A stretch of DNA of 64,000 nt from Candidatus Eiseniibacteriota bacterium (GTDB lineage: Bacteria; Eisenbacteria; RBG-16-71-46), in assembly GCA_038231135.1 (NCBI GenBank), contig JBBRLX010000015.1:23982-87981 (forward strand), read 5' to 3'. Positions 39,298-48,879 of the stretch are shown in pieces. The notes under the pieces were generated by a model. That model did no database searches, was not told the origin of the DNA, and worked only from the letters and a program-made list of their open reading frames with translations. The translations under genes were made by a program, and so were the position numbers. Positions within the stretch are counted from its first letter, which is position 1; each line of letters begins with the position of its first letter.

Positions 39298-42200
39298 ATG
39301 CGAATCCCACGGTGGTTCCCGCTCTGTGCCACGCTCTGTGCCACGCTCTGTGCCACGCTCTATCTCGTCCTTCCCGGCCTGGCGAACGCGGAGCAGGCGC
39401 ATGTCACGCTGCTTCATACGACGGACCTCCACGGCGCGCTGACCGGCTGGGACTATGCGCGGGATCGCGCCGCCCACGGCGGCCTCGCGCGCATCGCCAC
39501 GCTGGTGCGGGCCGCCCGTGCCGAGGGCACGCCCACACTGCTGGTCGACGCCGGCGACGCCACCGAGGGCGGCATCGAGACGCCGTACCGGATGGGTCCG
39601 CAGCGCCACGTCGATCCGATGGTCATCGCCATGAATGCGCTGGCCTACGACGCCATGACGGTCGGCAACCACGAGTTCGATCGCGGCTTCGCGGCGCTCG
39701 AGCGCACCCGCAGCGCCACCAAGTTCCCGTGGCTCGGGGCGAACGTGCTGGCGCGGGGCAGCACCCGGCCGTTGTTCGTGCCGTCGATCGTGAAGCAGGC
39801 GGGCCCGCTGCGCATCGGCATCATCGGCATCTGCACTCCCGCGGTGCCGCGGTTCCTAGACTCCACGCTCGTGGCGGGCGTCCAGTTCGGCGATCCCGTC
39901 GCTGCCGCGCGGCGCGAAGCGACCCGGCTCCGCAAGCAGGAGCGCTGCGACGCGGTGATCCTGGTGGCGCACACCGGCCTCGAGCGCGATCCGGTGACCG
40001 GCGTCGAGCGCACCGGCGACACCCCCGGCGAGAACTGGGGCTACCGGCTGGCATCGCAGGTGGCCGGAGTCGACGTGGTGGTGCTCGGGCATACCCACGT
40101 GGTGGTGCAGTCCGCCGAAGTGAACGGCGTGCTCGTGACCCAGGCGGGCCGCTGGGGCGAGGCGCTCGGCCGGGTCGATCTCGAATTCACGCGCGATGGC
40201 GCCGGGGCGCCGTGGCGCGTGTCCGGACGCCAGGCACAAGTCATGGTGGTGGCGGACTCGGTGGCAGCCGATCCCGCCGTGGCGGCGCTGGCCGCGCCCT
40301 ATCACACCGGGGCCCGCACCGTGCTCGCGCAGCAGGTGGGCACGATCGACCGCGATCTCGACGCCCCCGCCGGGCGGCTCGCGAACGGCCCGGCGTGGGA
40401 ACTGGTGCATCGTGCGCAACTCGCGGCCACCGGGGCCGACGTGTCCCTGACCGCACTGTCGGACGCCAGCGTGCGGATCCCGCGCGGCGCGATCACGCGG
40501 CGTGATCTGCTGCGGCTCGAGCCGTACGGTAATTCGCTCGGCGTGGTGGAGATGACGGGTGCGGCGCTGCGCGACGCGCTCGAACAGTCCGCGCGCGCGT
40601 TCGCCACCTACGCGTTCCAGGACGGCGCCCCGCTGCTGGATGCCGCGTATCCCGCCTACAACTTCGACACCGCCTACGGCGTGGAATATTCGATCGACAC
40701 CACGCGCCCCGCGGGGCAGCGCATCACGAACCTCACGTTCCACGGTGCGCCGGTCGCGCCCACCCGGCGCTTCAAGGTGGCCGTCAACAGCTACCGCATG
40801 AACGGTGGCGGCGGGTTCGAATCGATCCGCACCTCGCGCCGCCTGCGCATCCACGTCACGACGGTGCGGCAGGCGATCGCGGACCTGATCGCGTCGGGTG
40901 TGATATCAGGGGATACCCGCGTTTCCGGCAAGGGGACCCTGCAACTCCTCAAGATCGGCGCCGCGATCCCTCCGGCCGTCACCCACAACTGGACGCTGCT
41001 CCCCGACTACGCGGCCGCGACCGAGCGTCCGCTGATCGACCGGCTCGTGCGATGCGGTGCGATCGCGGCCGACGACGTGAGGGAATTGCGACCGTTCGAT
41101 CCCGCCACCGAGCAGGACGTGAAGCGCTGGATCGCGCGGGCGTTCGGCAGCGCAACGTCGGGCGCCGTCGACAACGGCTTCGTGGCCAGCCTCGCAGGGG
41201 CCGGCGTCACCGGCTCGATCACTCGAGGCGCCGTGGCCGACGCACTCGTGCGCGCCGCCGTCATGGCCGGCTACCAGGGATTGGGACCCGGCGGATCCGC
41301 CGCCTACGCCGACTCGGGCCCCGGAAGCAGCCAGCAGCGACCCGCCGGCGGTCCGCTGCCACCGGCCGCCGAGTTCCGCCGCGGCCTGCTCGCCGGCACC
41401 TCGCTCGCCGCCGCAGGCGACGGCACGGCGCCGACACGCGTGCAGGCGCTCGCCATGATCGCGAACGGTCGGTTCCCGGTGATTCGCGTGCTCGAGACCA
41501 CCGACTTCCACGGCGCGATCCTCGCGACCCAGAAGGAACGCCGCACGAACCGGCCGATGGGCGGCTCGGCGGCGCTGGCCGCCGCGATCGAGCGGCTGCG
41601 CGCCGAGAATCCCGACGGCACCGTGCTGATCGACGGCGGCGATTTGTTCCAGGGCACGATGATCTCGAATCTCCAGTTCGGCCGCCCGGTGGTGGAGCAG
41701 ATGAACGTGCTGGGCTACGCCGCGAGCGCGGTCGGCAACCACGAGTTCGACTGGGGACTCGACACGCTCGAGCAGCGCGTGCACGAGATGAAGTTCGTCG
41801 CGCTGGGCGGGAACATGCGGGAACGCCGGACGAACCGTATGCCGCCGTGGGTGCGCTCAGACACGTCGTTCACGCGCCGCGGCGTCAAGGTGAGCGTGCT
41901 CGGCCTGTGCTATCGCTTCACGCCCACGGTCACGCTGTCGAAGAACGTCGCGAGCCTCGAGTTCCTCGACGATTCGACGGTGGCGGCCGCGCTGGCCGCG
42001 AAGTTGCGGCCGGGATGCGACATGCTCGTGGGCGTCGGCCACATTCCGGCCGAGAGCGACAGCGTGAAGCACATGCGCGGCGGCGACCTGCCGCGGCTCG
42101 CCGGCGTGCACGGCGTGGACGCCTGGTTCGGCGGGCACAGTCACAATCTGGTGCTCGACACCATCGACGGCATCCCGTTCGCGATCGCGGGCTCGCACGG

Positions 42201-42957
42201 CACCACGATCGCGGTGTGCGACATGACCGTGGATCCCGCCAGGCACCAGGTGGTGGAGCGGCATTGCGAGCTGCGCACCGTCTACGGCGACGAGGGCGTG
42301 GACTCGGTGATGGCCGCGCGCGTCGTCCGATGGAACTCGGACGTGGCGCCGCTCGCGGGCCAGGCGCTGGGCGCCAACGAGCACAAGCTCACGCGCAACC
42401 GCGGCGGCGAATCGACGCTCGGCAACTTCGTGTGCGATGCGATCCGCGATGCCGCCGGCGTCGACATCGCCATGCAGAACAGCGGCGGCCTGCGAGCCGA
42501 TCTCGAGACCGGCTCGATCACCCGCGGGGCGATCTACGAGGTGATGCCGTTCGACAACACCGTGTTCACGATGCAGCTCACCGGCGCCGAGGTGAAACTG
42601 GCGCTGGAGCAGGCGCTGAAGTCCGGCCGCGTCACGCAGGTGAGCGGCATCCAGTATCACTACGACCCCGACGCCCCGGTGATGCACCGCGTCCAGACCG
42701 TGACGACCCCCGACGGCACCCCGCTATCGGACACGAAGCTGTATTCGGTCGCCGTCAACGACTTCATGGCTACCGGCGGCGACGACTACGCCGTGCTGTC
42801 CGGCGGGGTGAATCGCAAGCAGACGGACATGAAAGTGCGGGATGTTTTGGAGTTGCTGGTAGTGAAGCTGACGCGTGCGGGGAAATCTGTGGACTACGAG
42901 CCGTCAGGGCGGATCGCACGGCTGGGAGCGGCGGTTCCGGCTGGGGCCGAGAAGTAG
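39298..42957 (+). CDS. Tandem 2',3'-cyclic-nucleotide phosphodiesterase / 5'-nucleotidase (YfkN-like)
   Basis: Two metallophosphoesterase modules (TTDLHG/DAGD/GNHEFD/GHTH and TTDFHG/DGGD/GNHEFD/GHSH), each with a 5'-nucleotidase C-domain; signal peptide. Confidence 0.92.
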   Translation: MRIPRWFPLCATLCATLCATLYLVLPGLANAEQAHVTLLHTTDLHGALTGWDYARDRAAHGGLARIATLVRAARAEGTPTLLVDAGDATEGGIETPYRMGPQRHVDPMVIAMNALAYDAMTVGNHEFDRGFAALERTRSATKFPWLGANVLARGSTRPLFVPSIVKQAGPLRIGIIGICTPAVPRFLDSTLVAGVQFGDPVAAARREATRLRKQERCDAVILVAHTGLERDPVTGVERTGDTPGENWGYRLASQVAGVDVVVLGHTHVVVQSAEVNGVLVTQAGRWGEALGRVDLEFTRDGAGAPWRVSGRQAQVMVVADSVAADPAVAALAAPYHTGARTVLAQQVGTIDRDLDAPAGRLANGPAWELVHRAQLAATGADVSLTALSDASVRIPRGAITRRDLLRLEPYGNSLGVVEMTGAALRDALEQSARAFATYAFQDGAPLLDAAYPAYNFDTAYGVEYSIDTTRPAGQRITNLTFHGAPVAPTRRFKVAVNSYRMNGGGGFESIRTSRRLRIHVTTVRQAIADLIASGVISGDTRVSGKGTLQLLKIGAAIPPAVTHNWTLLPDYAAATERPLIDRLVRCGAIAADDVRELRPFDPATEQDVKRWIARAFGSATSGAVDNGFVASLAGAGVTGSITRGAVADALVRAAVMAGYQGLGPGGSAAYADSGPGSSQQRPAGGPLPPAAEFRRGLLAGTSLAAAGDGTAPTRVQALAMIANGRFPVIRVLETTDFHGAILATQKERRTNRPMGGSAALAAAIERLRAENPDGTVLIDGGDLFQGTMISNLQFGRPVVEQMNVLGYAASAVGNHEFDWGLDTLEQRVHEMKFVALGGNMRERRTNRMPPWVRSDTSFTRRGVKVSVLGLCYRFTPTVTLSKNVASLEFLDDSTVAAALAAKLRPGCDMLVGVGHIPAESDSVKHMRGGDLPRLAGVHGVDAWFGGHSHNLVLDTIDGIPFAIAGSHGTTIAVCDMTVDPARHQVVERHCELRTVYGDEGVDSVMAARVVRWNSDVAPLAGQALGANEHKLTRNRGGESTLGNFVCDAIRDAAGVDIAMQNSGGLRADLETGSITRGAIYEVMPFDNTVFTMQLTGAEVKLALEQALKSGRVTQVSGIQYHYDPDAPVMHRVQTVTTPDGTPLSDTKLYSVAVNDFMATGGDDYAVLSGGVNRKQTDMKVRDVLELLVVKLTRAGKSVDYEPSGRIARLGAAVPAGAEK
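39321..39360 (+). repeat. 12-bp tandem repeat (GCTCTGTGCCAC x3) in the signal peptide
   Basis: Encodes LCAT three times. Confidence 0.9.
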
Positions 42958-42986
42958 CGTCTTCTGCGTCTTCTGCGTCTTCTGCT
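42957..42986. repeat. 9-bp tandem repeat (GCGTCTTCT x3)
   Basis: Starts at the nucleotidase stop codon. Confidence 0.8.
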
Positions 42987-43025
42987 TCTTTCGTTTCTCT
43001 GCTTTTCTCCCTCAGTTGCTCGAGC

Positions 43026-43176
43026 GCGGGCGAGGGGGTGCGACGGGATGTGTATCCCTAGGCACGCTCGCTGCGCATCCTGCTCCGCTCGCTCCATGAA
43101 AGAGCGCTCCGCCATCCATGGCTACGCACTCTTTCAAGGTCCTGGGACACACATCCCGTCGCACCCCCTCGCCCGC
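43026..43176. repeat. REP/MITE-like palindromic element, copy 1
   Basis: ~33-bp terminal inverted repeats; core contains GCATCCTGC and GCCATCCATGGC. Confidence 0.85.
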
Positions 43177-43328
43177 CCCCAAGAATCGCAAGGGAAAGCG
43201 AACAACTTCCCTGATCGTGGGAATGCGTGTCTTGCTTGGGCCAAGTCTAGGCACGCCCCACCGGAACGGGCCTCTCCACGGGACGGTCCCCACTCCACGC
43301 CGCTGACCAGCGTGAGGACTTGTCACTC

Positions 43329-43492
43329 GGTGGGGAGGGCCAAGTTGTAGGCACTCATTCGCTGACTCCAGCCCGAACTGGGACGGGCACCACTTCGCTC
43401 ATTCGCAGCGACCGGTGGCCTTTGAAGTAGCGCCTGTCCCTCTGAGCATCCCGGTTGGCGACGACGTGCCTACAACTTGGCCCTCTCCCACC
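43329..43492. other. Long rod-like inverted repeat (ncRNA or miniature element)
   Basis: GGTGGGGAGGGCCAAGTTGTAGGCAC pairs with GTGCCTACAACTTGGCCCTCTCCCACC; a further 17-bp inner stem. Confidence 0.6.
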
Positions 43493-43610
43493 GGCGCAAG
43501 GCGGCCCTCGAAGAGGGCCATTATTATGGCGCCTCGAAGTGTGGAGATCATGGGGCTGCGGTCCAGGCGCGGGCGCCGATCGAAAGCTGCCGGCGCGATT
43601 GGTTTCCGCG

Positions 43611-43779
43611 GGTTGGGCGCGCGGGGGCGTGGCGGGACAGGGATACGTGTCCCAGGACCTCGAAAGAGTGCGTAGCCATGGATGGCGGAGCGCTCTTTCG
43701 TGGAGCGAGCGGAGCAGGATGTGCAGCGAGCGTGCCTAGGGATACGTGTCCCTGTCCCGCCACGCCCCCGCCCGCAACC
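43611..43779. repeat. REP/MITE-like palindromic element, copy 2 (inverted relative to copy 1)
   Basis: ~90-bp core nearly identical to the reverse complement of copy 1; different but self-complementary arms. Confidence 0.85.
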
Positions 43780-43797
43780 AGGCACGGGCGAGATGTT

Positions 43798-45159
43798 CTA
43801 CTGCCGCGTAACCGAAGCAGAAGGAGTCGAAGGCGGCACTGCCGACCCCCGAGTGCTATCCGAACTCCCCAGCATGACCCCCGCTTTCTGAAAGTAAACC
43901 CGAACACCCGCCGCCAACTGCCTCCCCAACTGCTGCTGGAATTCCGGGTCGTTCAGCATCTTCGCCTCGACCGGGTTGTTGATGAACGCGGTCTCGACGA
44001 GCGTCGACGGGAACTCCACGGACTTGAGCACGGCGAACGATGCCTGCTTCACGCCGCGCTCCTCGAGGCGGCGGTCGGCGGACAGGTGGTCGAGCAGCGT
44101 CTCCGCCAGCAGCTGGCTCGACTGGAGCGCCGAGCTGCGCTTCACGTCGTAGAGAATGTTCACGAGCGCGTCCTCGGCCTGCGGCGGCACGCCGCCCACC
44201 ATGTCGGCGGCGTTTTCGAGGTCCGCCAGATCCCGCGTGGTCTCGTCGCTCGCGCCGCGCATCGACAGGAAGTACACCTCGGTGCCGCTGCCGCTGCCGC
44301 GCCGCTTCGACGAGTTGGCGTGGATGCTGATGAACAGGTCGGCGTTCATGCGTTCGGCCTTGCGATAGCGCTCGCGCAGCGGAACGAAGTAATCGCCGTC
44401 CCGCGTGAGCACGGCGCGAATGCCGGGAATCTTGTCGAGCTCCGTGGCCAGCGCGATCGCCACAGCGAGCGTCACGCGCTTCTCCAGCACGCCGTGCGGG
44501 CCCCGGGCGCCGGTGTCGTCACCGCCGTGACCAGGGTCGACCGCCACCACGCGCACGCGGTCGCGCTTCTTCGCCTGGGCGATTCCCGCGAGGCGCCGGT
44601 CCTCGGCCGCGGCGGCCCGGGGGCCGGTGGCGGCGATCACGATGCGGAACGGCTTGCCGTCCTCGACCGGGGCCACGAACACCCGGAATTTCACGGAGTC
44701 CCGGAACGTGAACCGCACGCGCGATCCGCCGAACATCGTCTGCACTTCGACCGAGTCCACGACGCCGTCACGCACCGCGAGCAGCGACGGCACACCGTCC
44801 ATGCGCGGCAGCGGCTCGCCCGGGAACGCGAGGATCAGCTCGCGGCCGCGGCCGGAGTCGGGCGCGACCGGCGTGACGGAGTGCGAGAACGCGAGCTCGG
44901 TGCGGGTGTTCGAGGGCGCGCTCCACGCATGGAGCCCCACGAGCACGATGCCGGCCGGGAGTGAGGGCGTCGCGTCCGCGACCACGGCATCGGCAGGCCG
45001 CGCCGCAGGAGTGGCCTTCGCGGCGCTGCGGGTTGCGGCGTGCCGCCGGTGGACGACGCGGGTCGTTCGGGCTTCGGCGATCCCAGTGACGGCGAATGCC
45101 GCCACCAGCGCGATGCACGTGAGTCGGGCGAAGCCGGTACTGAGCATCCTGTGCATCAT
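43798..45159 (-). CDS. N-acetylmuramoyl-L-alanine amidase (Amidase_3) with AMIN-like domain
   Basis: VAVDPGHGGDDTGA, EK.VTL, LTRDGD, FISIHANS, LVETAFINN; signal peptide. Confidence 0.95.
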   Translation of the reverse strand: MMHRMLSTGFARLTCIALVAAFAVTGIAEARTTRVVHRRHAATRSAAKATPAARPADAVVADATPSLPAGIVLVGLHAWSAPSNTRTELAFSHSVTPVAPDSGRGRELILAFPGEPLPRMDGVPSLLAVRDGVVDSVEVQTMFGGSRVRFTFRDSVKFRVFVAPVEDGKPFRIVIAATGPRAAAAEDRRLAGIAQAKKRDRVRVVAVDPGHGGDDTGARGPHGVLEKRVTLAVAIALATELDKIPGIRAVLTRDGDYFVPLRERYRKAERMNADLFISIHANSSKRRGSGSGTEVYFLSMRGASDETTRDLADLENAADMVGGVPPQAEDALVNILYDVKRSSALQSSQLLAETLLDHLSADRRLEERGVKQASFAVLKSVEFPSTLVETAFINNPVEAKMLNDPEFQQQLGRQLAAGVRVYFQKAGVMLGSSDSTRGSAVPPSTPSASVTRQ

Positions 45160-45283
45160 CCGCCACCTTCCATGGTACGAAGACCGCCCGTCGTCCCGCG
45201 CCGCCGCGAGCGTTGCTCCGCGGTGACCGGAACCGGCCGGGAGGACGGCGTCTTGCCGTCCTCCGGCCGCACGGTGAACTCTA

Positions 45284-46795
45284 CTATTGGAGTCGCAGGG
45301 CGACGAAGCGGGGGGCTTCGTTCGGGCTGCTGACGAGTAATACCGCATGTTTCCTCTCAACCTTCGCGTCGCGGAGCATCTTCCCGAAATCGAGCACGGA
45401 CTTCACGTCCTTGCCGCCGACCTCCTGGATGACGTCTCCCGCCTGGATGCCGGCGTCCTCCGCCGCGCTGCCGGAATCGACATCGCTGACGATCACGCCG
45501 GTGGTGAGTTTGATCGCGGCCCGTTCGTCGTCCGTCATCGCGCGCACCTTGATCCCGGCGACCTGCTCGACGTCGGAGGACCCGGATGGCTTCGCCGGCT
45601 CGCCGGCCGCGACCTGGTCGTCCTTCCGTTCGCCCAGCGTGACCGACAGGTTCACGCGCTTGCCGTCCCGCATGACCACGACCGGGACCTTCTGCCCCAC
45701 CGGGGTATCGGCAACGCGGATCCGGAACTTTTGAAGCTCGTTGACCGGCTGGCCGTCGAATTCGACCACCACGTCGTTGCGCTTGAGGCCCGCGCGGGCC
45801 GCCGGCGAGTCGTCCTGCACGTCGCGGATGATCACGCCCTGCTCGTTGCGGTCGAGCCCGAAGCCTTCGGCAATCTCGGGCGTCAGCTCGGCGAGAAATA
45901 CGCCGAGCTGGGCGCGCTTCACGGAGCCGTTCGCCATGAGCTGGTCGGCGACGTGCTTCGCGAGGTTGATCGGGATCGCGAATCCGATGCCCTGTCCACT
46001 CGGATTGATCGCGGTGTTGATGCCGATCGCCTCACCATGAATGTTGCACAGCGGCCCGCCCGAGTTGCCGAAGTTGATCGATGCGTCGGTCTGGATGAAG
46101 TCCTGGTACTGCGGGGTGCCGCCATAGATGTTGAGATCCGACCGCCCCTGGGCGCTGATGATGCCGACCGTCACGGACCCGCGCAGCATGCCCAGCGGAT
46201 TGCCGATCGCGATCGCCCAGTCGCCGATCTTCACCTCGTCCGAATTGCCGAGCCGCAATACCGGCAGGCGGTCGCCGTCGATCTTGATGACCGCCACGTC
46301 GGTCTCGGGATCGGTGCCGACGACCTTGGCCTTGAACGTGCGGCGATCGTTGAGCGTCACTGTGATGTCGCTCGCGTCACGCACCACGTGATTGTTGGTG
46401 AGCACGTGGCCCTCGGTATCGATGATGAAGCCCGAACCGGAGCTGGGCTGCACCTGGGGGTGCTGCTGGCGCGGCACGTCCTGACCGAAGAACCGGCGAA
46501 ACAACTCGTCCTGCGGATCGGATCCGTCGGCGCCGCCGACCTTCTTCTTCACGTCGATGAACACGACGGCGGGCAGGGTCTGCTCGACGACCGGAACGAA
46601 CGGGCTCGAGGGGCCGGCTGCGGTCGCCGAGATCGAGGACGTCGGCGTCGTGCTGCGACGCTGGGCGTTCGAGTTGCGCTGCAGGTCGAGCCCGGCGCTG
46701 AGTCCGAGGCCGAGCACGAGGCCCACGGCCACGAGCAGGGTCGCCCCGATGAAATAACCGCGGGGCCGGTGCGACGTGAACGGGTGCTGATTCAT
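45284..46795 (-). CDS. htrA: Do/HtrA family serine endopeptidase with two PDZ domains
   Basis: GSGFII, LTNNHVV, DVAVIK, IQTDASINFGNSGGPL. Confidence 0.95.
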   Translation of the reverse strand: MNQHPFTSHRPRGYFIGATLLVAVGLVLGLGLSAGLDLQRNSNAQRRSTTPTSSISATAAGPSSPFVPVVEQTLPAVVFIDVKKKVGGADGSDPQDELFRRFFGQDVPRQQHPQVQPSSGSGFIIDTEGHVLTNNHVVRDASDITVTLNDRRTFKAKVVGTDPETDVAVIKIDGDRLPVLRLGNSDEVKIGDWAIAIGNPLGMLRGSVTVGIISAQGRSDLNIYGGTPQYQDFIQTDASINFGNSGGPLCNIHGEAIGINTAINPSGQGIGFAIPINLAKHVADQLMANGSVKRAQLGVFLAELTPEIAEGFGLDRNEQGVIIRDVQDDSPAARAGLKRNDVVVEFDGQPVNELQKFRIRVADTPVGQKVPVVVMRDGKRVNLSVTLGERKDDQVAAGEPAKPSGSSDVEQVAGIKVRAMTDDERAAIKLTTGVIVSDVDSGSAAEDAGIQAGDVIQEVGGKDVKSVLDFGKMLRDAKVERKHAVLLVSSPNEAPRFVALRLQ

Positions 46796-47054
46796 TGGGT
46801 CACTCCTCCCAGTTGGGTACGGCGTGGGTGCGCCGCACGATATGGCGCGATCCAATCACAGTCATCAAGGTTATCGGCCGGTGCGGCCGGCCTGTCACCG
46901 ACCCGCAAATTTGCTGCCGAAAAGCGGGCGGAGCCACTGGACTCCATGATGATGCGGGTTCCTGCACTGCGATCCAGGGTGCCCGGCCCGTCGCGGAAAC
47001 GTCCCTCACGGGCGCGGCCGGGGTTCGGTCAACGTCATGTGATAAAGTGCCGGG

Positions 47055-47786
47055 ATGCTCCCGGACACTGCGTTCTTCCTTTCCGACGCCCACCTCGGCG
47101 CGGAATCGAAGGAGCGGGAAGCCACCCGCGAGTCGCTGCTGCACGCATTCCTCGACTCCCTGCCCGGCCGCGCCGGTGCGCTCTACGTGGTCGGCGACCT
47201 GTTCGACTTCTGGTTCGAATACCGTTCGAGCATACCCCGCCGTCACTTCCGCACGCTGTGCGCTTTGCAACGCGTGCGGCAGGCCGGCATTCCCATCACC
47301 TATCTCGGCGGCAACCACGACTTCTGGCTGGGCTCGTTCCTGGCCGACGAGCTGGGCATCCGGCTGCACGACGGGGCGCTCACGCTCGAAACCCAGGGAC
47401 GCAAACTGTGGATCCATCATGGGGATGGATTGATCGGCGGCGACATCGGCTACAAGGTATTGAAAAGTATCCTGCGCAGCCCCGCCTCGATCGCCCTGTA
47501 CCGGCTGCTGCATCCCGATCTCGGCATCCCGCTGGCGGGCTGGGTGTCGCGCCAGTCGCGCCACTCCCGCGACCTGCGAACCCTGGACGGCGACCGGCTG
47601 CTGCGGGAGATCGCGGCGCCGCGGTTCGCCGAAGGTTACGACGGCGTCCTGGTGGGGCACTTCCATCATGCGTTCGAGCACCACGACCACGGCCGCGATT
47701 TCTTCGTGCTCGGCGACTGGATCGAGCGGTTCACGTACGTCGTGCTCGATCACGGCACGCTCAAGCTCGAGCGCTGGAGCGGCTGA
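47055..47786 (+). CDS. lpxH: UDP-2,3-diacylglucosamine diphosphatase
   Basis: SDAHLG, GDLFDFWFEY, GNHDFW, HHGDG, GHFH, LGDW. Confidence 0.9.
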   Translation: MLPDTAFFLSDAHLGAESKEREATRESLLHAFLDSLPGRAGALYVVGDLFDFWFEYRSSIPRRHFRTLCALQRVRQAGIPITYLGGNHDFWLGSFLADELGIRLHDGALTLETQGRKLWIHHGDGLIGGDIGYKVLKSILRSPASIALYRLLHPDLGIPLAGWVSRQSRHSRDLRTLDGDRLLREIAAPRFAEGYDGVLVGHFHHAFEHHDHGRDFFVLGDWIERFTYVVLDHGTLKLERWSG

Positions 47787-47789
47787 CGC

Positions 47790-48764
47790 TCAGAATCGTG
47801 CCGTGAACGACACCCGATGCGTGTCGCCCAAGTCGAGCTTGAACGGCACGAACGCATAGTCGAGACGCAGGCCGCCGGTCGTGAAGCCGGCGCCGAGGCT
47901 GAAGTTCGACGCGTCGTCGTTGACCCTGAGCCCGCCGCGCAGCACGGCGCCCGACGCGTCCGTCAGCTCCGCGCCGACGATGCCGATGCCGCTGCGGCCG
48001 CGGGTCACGCGGGTCTCGACCGCGCCGCGCAGGTTCATGCGGGCGCCGAGATTCATGGCGTAGGACGCGCCGCCCTGCAGCGCCTGCGGCAGCCCAACCG
48101 CCAGGCCGCGCGAGCCGTCGATCGTGTAATGCGCGGGGGGCCCGAGATTCTGCGCCGTGAGGCCGAGCCGCAGGCCCTGCCAGCGCGCCGGCTCCCAGCT
48201 GCCGCCGAGACCGAACCCGTAGGTGGCGGCCGACTCGTTCGCGATGCGCTCGCGGACCGCCTGCATGGTGGCGCCGAGCCGGAGTGCGTTGCCCATCCGC
48301 GCCGCATAGCCGAGCGCGAATTCGAGGTCGTGGGCGCCGAACGTGCCGATCAGGTTGCCGACGTCGTCGCGCTCTTCGATCGGTTCCGAATACAGCGCCC
48401 GGATCGACGCGCCGAGCCCGCCGCCCCACGCGTGACCCGCGACCGAGAAATAGTCGTGGCGGAGGCTCTGCACGAGTTCGCTGTGCCCCGCCGCGACCTC
48501 CATGCCCTTCGCCGGCTCGATCGTCGCGGGGTTCGCGTACATGGCCTCCGCGCCCGATGCCACCGACGACAGCGCACCCCCCATGGCCGCGCTGCGCGCG
48601 CCGGTGGGGATTTCGAGGAACGCGAACCCCGGCGGCGCGGCCGCGGCGGGCAGCGTGACCGCGGGTGCCGTGAGCGCGACGGCGAGCAGCATCGCGGCGA
48701 GACGCATCGCGGCGAGACGCGGGGACGAACGGGCGATCCTCGGGAGCATCACTGGAACGGGCAT
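47790..48764 (-). CDS. PorV/PorQ-family outer-membrane beta-barrel
   Basis: FLEIPTGARSAAMGGA, YANPA, C-terminal LDYAF.P...LGDTHRVSF...F. Confidence 0.85.
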   Translation of the reverse strand: MPVPVMLPRIARSSPRLAAMRLAAMLLAVALTAPAVTLPAAAAPPGFAFLEIPTGARSAAMGGALSSVASGAEAMYANPATIEPAKGMEVAAGHSELVQSLRHDYFSVAGHAWGGGLGASIRALYSEPIEERDDVGNLIGTFGAHDLEFALGYAARMGNALRLGATMQAVRERIANESAATYGFGLGGSWEPARWQGLRLGLTAQNLGPPAHYTIDGSRGLAVGLPQALQGGASYAMNLGARMNLRGAVETRVTRGRSGIGIVGAELTDASGAVLRGGLRVNDDASNFSLGAGFTTGGLRLDYAFVPFKLDLGDTHRVSFTARF

Positions 48765-48879
48765 CGGGGAGACTCCGGTAGCATGCGGCCGCCGTGCGAA
48801 GAACTCCGCACGGCGGCAGGAACGTTCTGGAACGCGAGCGGCAGGATTGTCGCCGATCGTGCCCTATGTGGCCACCCGG

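Noticed and set aside
43329..43492. Integron attC site or retron msr-msd
   Set aside because: Core-site order is reversed relative to RYYYAAC...GTTRRRY; no integrase or reverse transcriptase in the window.
42957..43779. CRISPR array
   Set aside because: Repeats are inverted or short tandem, with no regular repeat-spacer period and no cas genes.
48788..48817. Hairpin between the DUF4384 and PorV-like genes
   Set aside because: No clear U tract; cannot tell terminator from stabiliser, so operon membership of the PorV-like gene is left open.
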